DNA from: the human T2T-CHM13v2.0 reference genome, Homo sapiens | Direction: 5' to 3' (one strand) | Length of the DNA stretch: 64,000 nt | NCBI RefSeq assembly: GCF_009914755.1 | Contig: NC_060936.1 | Shown: positions 59,191 to 64,000 of the stretch, piece after piece | How positions within the stretch are numbered: position 1 is the stretch's first letter | Layout: the number at the start of each line of letters is the position of its first letter | Program-made: the position numbers and the translations under genes | Notes under the pieces: generated by a model | What the model was told of the DNA's origin: nothing | The model's database searches: none | Seen by the model: the letters and a program-made list of their open reading frames with translations, nothing else

Positions 59191-60130
59191 CTGTATTCGA
59201 GAGGGAAACATCCATGCATTAAGACAGGGGTTTAACTTTGAAGAAAGCATCGTCCACCAGAGGCCTACCCTCTTGCACGTACTCTGTGATGGATGAGCTG
59301 GATGTTGCCTAGTTTTTCAAGTTCCCAGTTATGAGCTGATAAAGGGTCTTCATCTGTGGTGGTAGGAGCTCTGTCTAGTCTATTGACAATAGTACTCATT
59401 ACTCATGAAATACTCTATCATCATTTAGTCTCTCTTAATTTTTCTATGAAAAGTAATGATGGCCCCAATTTTGTGCTTAAGATGACACATAAAAAGCCAA
59501 ATAACTTAAATTCTGTAGATAAGCAAAATGACTTTTCTTCATGAACACTAATATAAAACCAGTAAAAAATACTAAAGACGTCTGTTTTTACCCTGATGAA
59601 AAAAATGAGGCTAGAATAGATTCTTTAAAAAGCATCTAGTTTGGTGGCAATATAGAAACGACTTTTTCCTAAGAAGAGGGGCCCAATGTGGACACGTGTT
59701 AATTGCTGTAGGCTGTCTTTGAGGGGGCTATTTAGAGAGGCTTTGTTTCCAATATGAACTAAGTAACAGGGGGAGGAAAAAAAAACCTTGTGTCTTTGCC
59801 CTCCCTTCAAACTAATTACGTGATGCTAGAATTCCATAAAGGAAACAACATGAAAAAGGTTTGCATGATAAAGTGAAAGATACAATTTTTTTAAAAAAAA
59901 ACCCTGTGCTCCACCCCAAATCCTCAATGTATTGTTAGAATTTCTTCATTTTAAAAATAACCCCAATGCTAACTAAAACTCTAACACTGATTTGGAGCCT
60001 CTTAGTGTATTCCAATCCTCTTGGCAACCGAGTGTGATATCAGAACCAAGGGATGATGTCACATGAAAGAGGTGTCTCTTCACTTTTCTAGTACATGAGC
60101 TTTGTTACAGCTTCATCAGCTTCATCATGA

Positions 60131-60435
<305 letters not shown>

Positions 60436-61695
60436 CATCATGATCTTTAGTAGCGCATAGTATTTCTTTAATTCCCAGTGGTACACAAAGCTATTGAGTG
60501 TCATAGACAGAAAGTCAACCAAGTCTTCTTGAGGAATGGATCCTCCAAACTCTTATGGTACAAGAGCTGCATTAGGATCCCTGCTTCACCACCATCCTGG
60601 GAGAGCAGCCTCGCTCAAATATCCAGATGATAACTTCTCATTTGAAACATTTGCTAACCCCTTCTCTAGACTCAATTGTACAATTCAAGAGGGTATATAT
60701 GGAGAATCAGTATTATGGTGTCAGTACAGCTGTTACCAAGTCCACTAATTGTAAAATGAGCCTATTGCCATGTTAACTGCGCAAACACAGGACAAGACCA
60801 CATTTTCACTGAGATTCTTTCTGTAGACAACGTGTCCTGGTGATCATTTATCTCCCAATCTTTAATTTGACCCTTAGCATAGTAAACAAGGATTGTTTTG
60901 GCTGAGTACAGATGGCAAGAGTTAAAGGAACATTAGTTAGTTCTGCCCTACTTCAATAAAATTATTAAGCATGGATCCCCCATCGGAGGAAAATGAATGA
61001 TGTGTTTTAACAAAAAGTGCTGGCAGCGGAACAACTCTAAGACTGAAAGGCTCCCAGCACAACTTGGAAGTTTCTGTTACTGATTTCAAATGAGAATTAT
61101 TGTTAATAGGAATAAAGTTATTATCGGCATGAATCACAGACACAGAAATATGTTAACTTAATAATGTGGCAAATGTACTATTAATCTTTAGTGAAGCAAT
61201 ATTAATATATTGCCTAATCTTAGAAAAGGCTGCAGTGTCTTGAAAGCTTGAAATCATTTCTGCCTCTGCCTGAAGTTCTGAAATCATCGCCCTGTAAAAT
61301 TTTAAATACTTTTATTTCATCCAAGCCTTTGAGTATTCAGAAATAATTGCTGTCAATAGAGATTCATTCTCACCTTTGACTGGCCAGTAATGTCAAATGG
61401 CAACCTCATCAGCCGTAATATCAACATATTTTAGATGTATGTCTTGCAACTGAAGGTCAATAATGGCTACTAAATTTAAAATATGTATGAAATTCTATGA
61501 TGTTTTATTCTTGGTACTTTGATTGCCTTTGTACTGGTGATTATTTCATCTGGGGGCAAAAAACTAAACCCAGCCTATCCTATTGGAAATTCCTCTGCCT
61601 CCCTGGCGAAGTATGATCTAAGCATTTTCTTTGAAGTTTCTAGCATAACATTACTGTATATAATTTTGGAATCTATGTAGTTTGTATCAGGGATA

Positions 61696-61738
61696 CAAGA
61701 GTGATATTGAGGATATTGCAAGAGTGATATTGAGGATA
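61696..61738. repeat. Short tandem duplication (period 23, two copies)
   Basis: caagagtgatattgaggata ttg caagagtgatattgaggata. Confidence 0.85.
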
Positions 61739-62347
61739 ATAAAGCATGGCGCTTGACACTAATCCTGAGGTGGGATGTTGCTCTGCCACACATTAGCAAG
61801 GTGACTGGGAACAAGTTGCAACTTAGTTTCTGAGCCTCAGATTTAGGAGAGTAATAGCCATGTAGCCTTGCTGTGGGGATTAAATTACGTACTGTGAAGC
61901 CATCTTTTAGAAGCTATGGCACTTAATAGGTGATCAGTAACTATTAGTTTCTGTGCTTTGCAATAAGTTGCACATCTAGATTTGGTGATATGCTTAAAAA
62001 TTAGTTTATCAAAATTTATTGTAATTTATGTTCAATTAAAAAATATATGACAGTGTGCAAAGAAGGGTCCAACTTAGTGGAAAGAAATGTCAGGTGTCAT
62101 TGCATTATGAAGGTAAGGAACTGGTATTCTGTGCTACTTGCACATAAGCTTTTGAGGTTAGCTATGGGCCATGTAGTAATTTTGTACTGTTTATCGGTTC
62201 CTCCAATCTAAGATGTTTTATTATATTAATGCTTACATATATGGGTAATATTTCTGCTGTATTCTGTTTTTGTGCCTACTGCTATTGTAGAGTCAAGAGG
62301 GAGTTTGAATCTTCTAAATCAGACTAGCTTTCATGCATTATTTAGTC

Positions 62348-62992
<645 letters not shown>

Positions 62993-63912
62993 TTTAGAGG
63001 GGCAAGCACTGTACTGAGAGGCAGAGGACAGATTCCGCTTTCCCTTACACTACTATTAACTGTGACCTACGGTGCCTCACCTCTACCAAAAGAAAGTCAC
63101 TTAATTTTTCTGAGCCTAAGGTTCCTGTTTAACAAATAAAGTAGTTTATGAAGTTAATCTCTAAATTTTGTTGCAGCTCTATTATTCTATGATTTCTAAA
63201 TGTAACTCATTCATGAGTCTTCTAAATTCCAAGTTGGGAGTTAGCAATGAACAAAGTCCCAGATTTGTTCAAATACTTTTGTAATCATTTATTTTTCTCA
63301 GTAAATAAGTTAGTCTTTAACTCTAACCACATTAAAAAAATTTAAAATCACATATATCTATAAAAGGTACTTTGGGCTTTGTATTTTCTCTTGATTTTCT
63401 CACAGCACAGGAACGAATTCCCCAAGGAACTAATAGAGTGGGTGGGGAGAGAATCACTTGCTCATTAGTACTTATATTTAAGAGTACAGTGGAGGTGGTA
63501 CTCAAATCAGTCAGTTTAGCTACTCGTTAGTACCACTTTCTAAAGGTTTAATGAGGGAGGAAGGCAAAACCTTTGGCTAAAGGGAAGTTTGGTAATTGCC
63601 TACAGATCTGATATGTTCGTGCACTGCTCTTACGCCTTACGACTATGCATTCTGAAGTACTGTCTGCACCTACTGACAGACATTTATAGCTCCACAAAAG
63701 AAACACATCCCAGGGTCTCCTCAGGTATACCTCTGCCTGACCCCGCTTAGCTCTGGAAATCAGAGCCTGTAATGATGAGAAGTTTCTGTGGGGATAACTG
63801 CCTGCCGACATATATGGAAAGCGCTCGTTGGGGAGAAAATTCACCTTGACTTGCACTGTTGACATGCAATCACTTTCCTGTTGTTGGGGTAGTACTCATC
63901 GCCTGTCCTTAC

Positions 63913-64000
63913 CTGCATAATGCACATTCTGTATAGGAGCTGAAAAATGAAGAGAGGGAGAAGGGTGAGGAAAAATGTTGTGTCTTCTACATGGAGCTCA
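63913..64000 (-). CDS. SLC15A5: SLC15A5 coding exon (probably exon 4), 3' part only, cut by the window edge; ELHVEDTTFFLTLLPLFIFQLLYRMCIMQ
   Basis: The minus strand translates to a hydrophobic TM7-like segment ending CAG|GTAAGG, a phase 0 donor at 63912-63911. It joins the next exon in frame, and the peptide matches my recollection of human SLC15A5. Confidence 0.92.

Noticed and set aside
63548-63865. 105-aa minus-strand ORF just inside the intron; a possible alternative C-terminus
   Set aside because: It is not in frame with the exon: read-through of the donor hits TGA after about 23 codons. It has no recognisable domain.

Overview
This is AT-rich primate (most likely human) genomic DNA. 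It contains the 3' part of the orphan proton-coupled oligopeptide transporter (POT/SLC15) gene SLC15A5 on the minus strand. Six coding exons can be built with GT-AG junctions and consistent phases: 63913-64000 (cut by the window edge), 59004-59190, 43736-43924, 36215-36346, 13703-13811 and 9044-9191. The protein ends ...IDLWETAL*, followed by a 3'UTR of about 1.2 kb with several AATAAA candidates. The rest is intronic or intergenic DNA rich in Alu, L1, L2, CR1/L3, MIR, MaLR/ERVL LTRs, DNA-transposon fossils and microsatellites. I found no prokaryote-type system, RNA gene or new protein-coding gene. The most notable observations are the sorting and PDZ motifs in the terminal exon, tandem donors that could remove that tail, an inverted AluY pair around one exon, a twin-primed L1 whose poly(A) signal lies just upstream of an exon, and two old local duplications, one bracketed by inverted repeats. 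Gene identity, exon numbers and repeat subfamilies come from recall, not from a database search.
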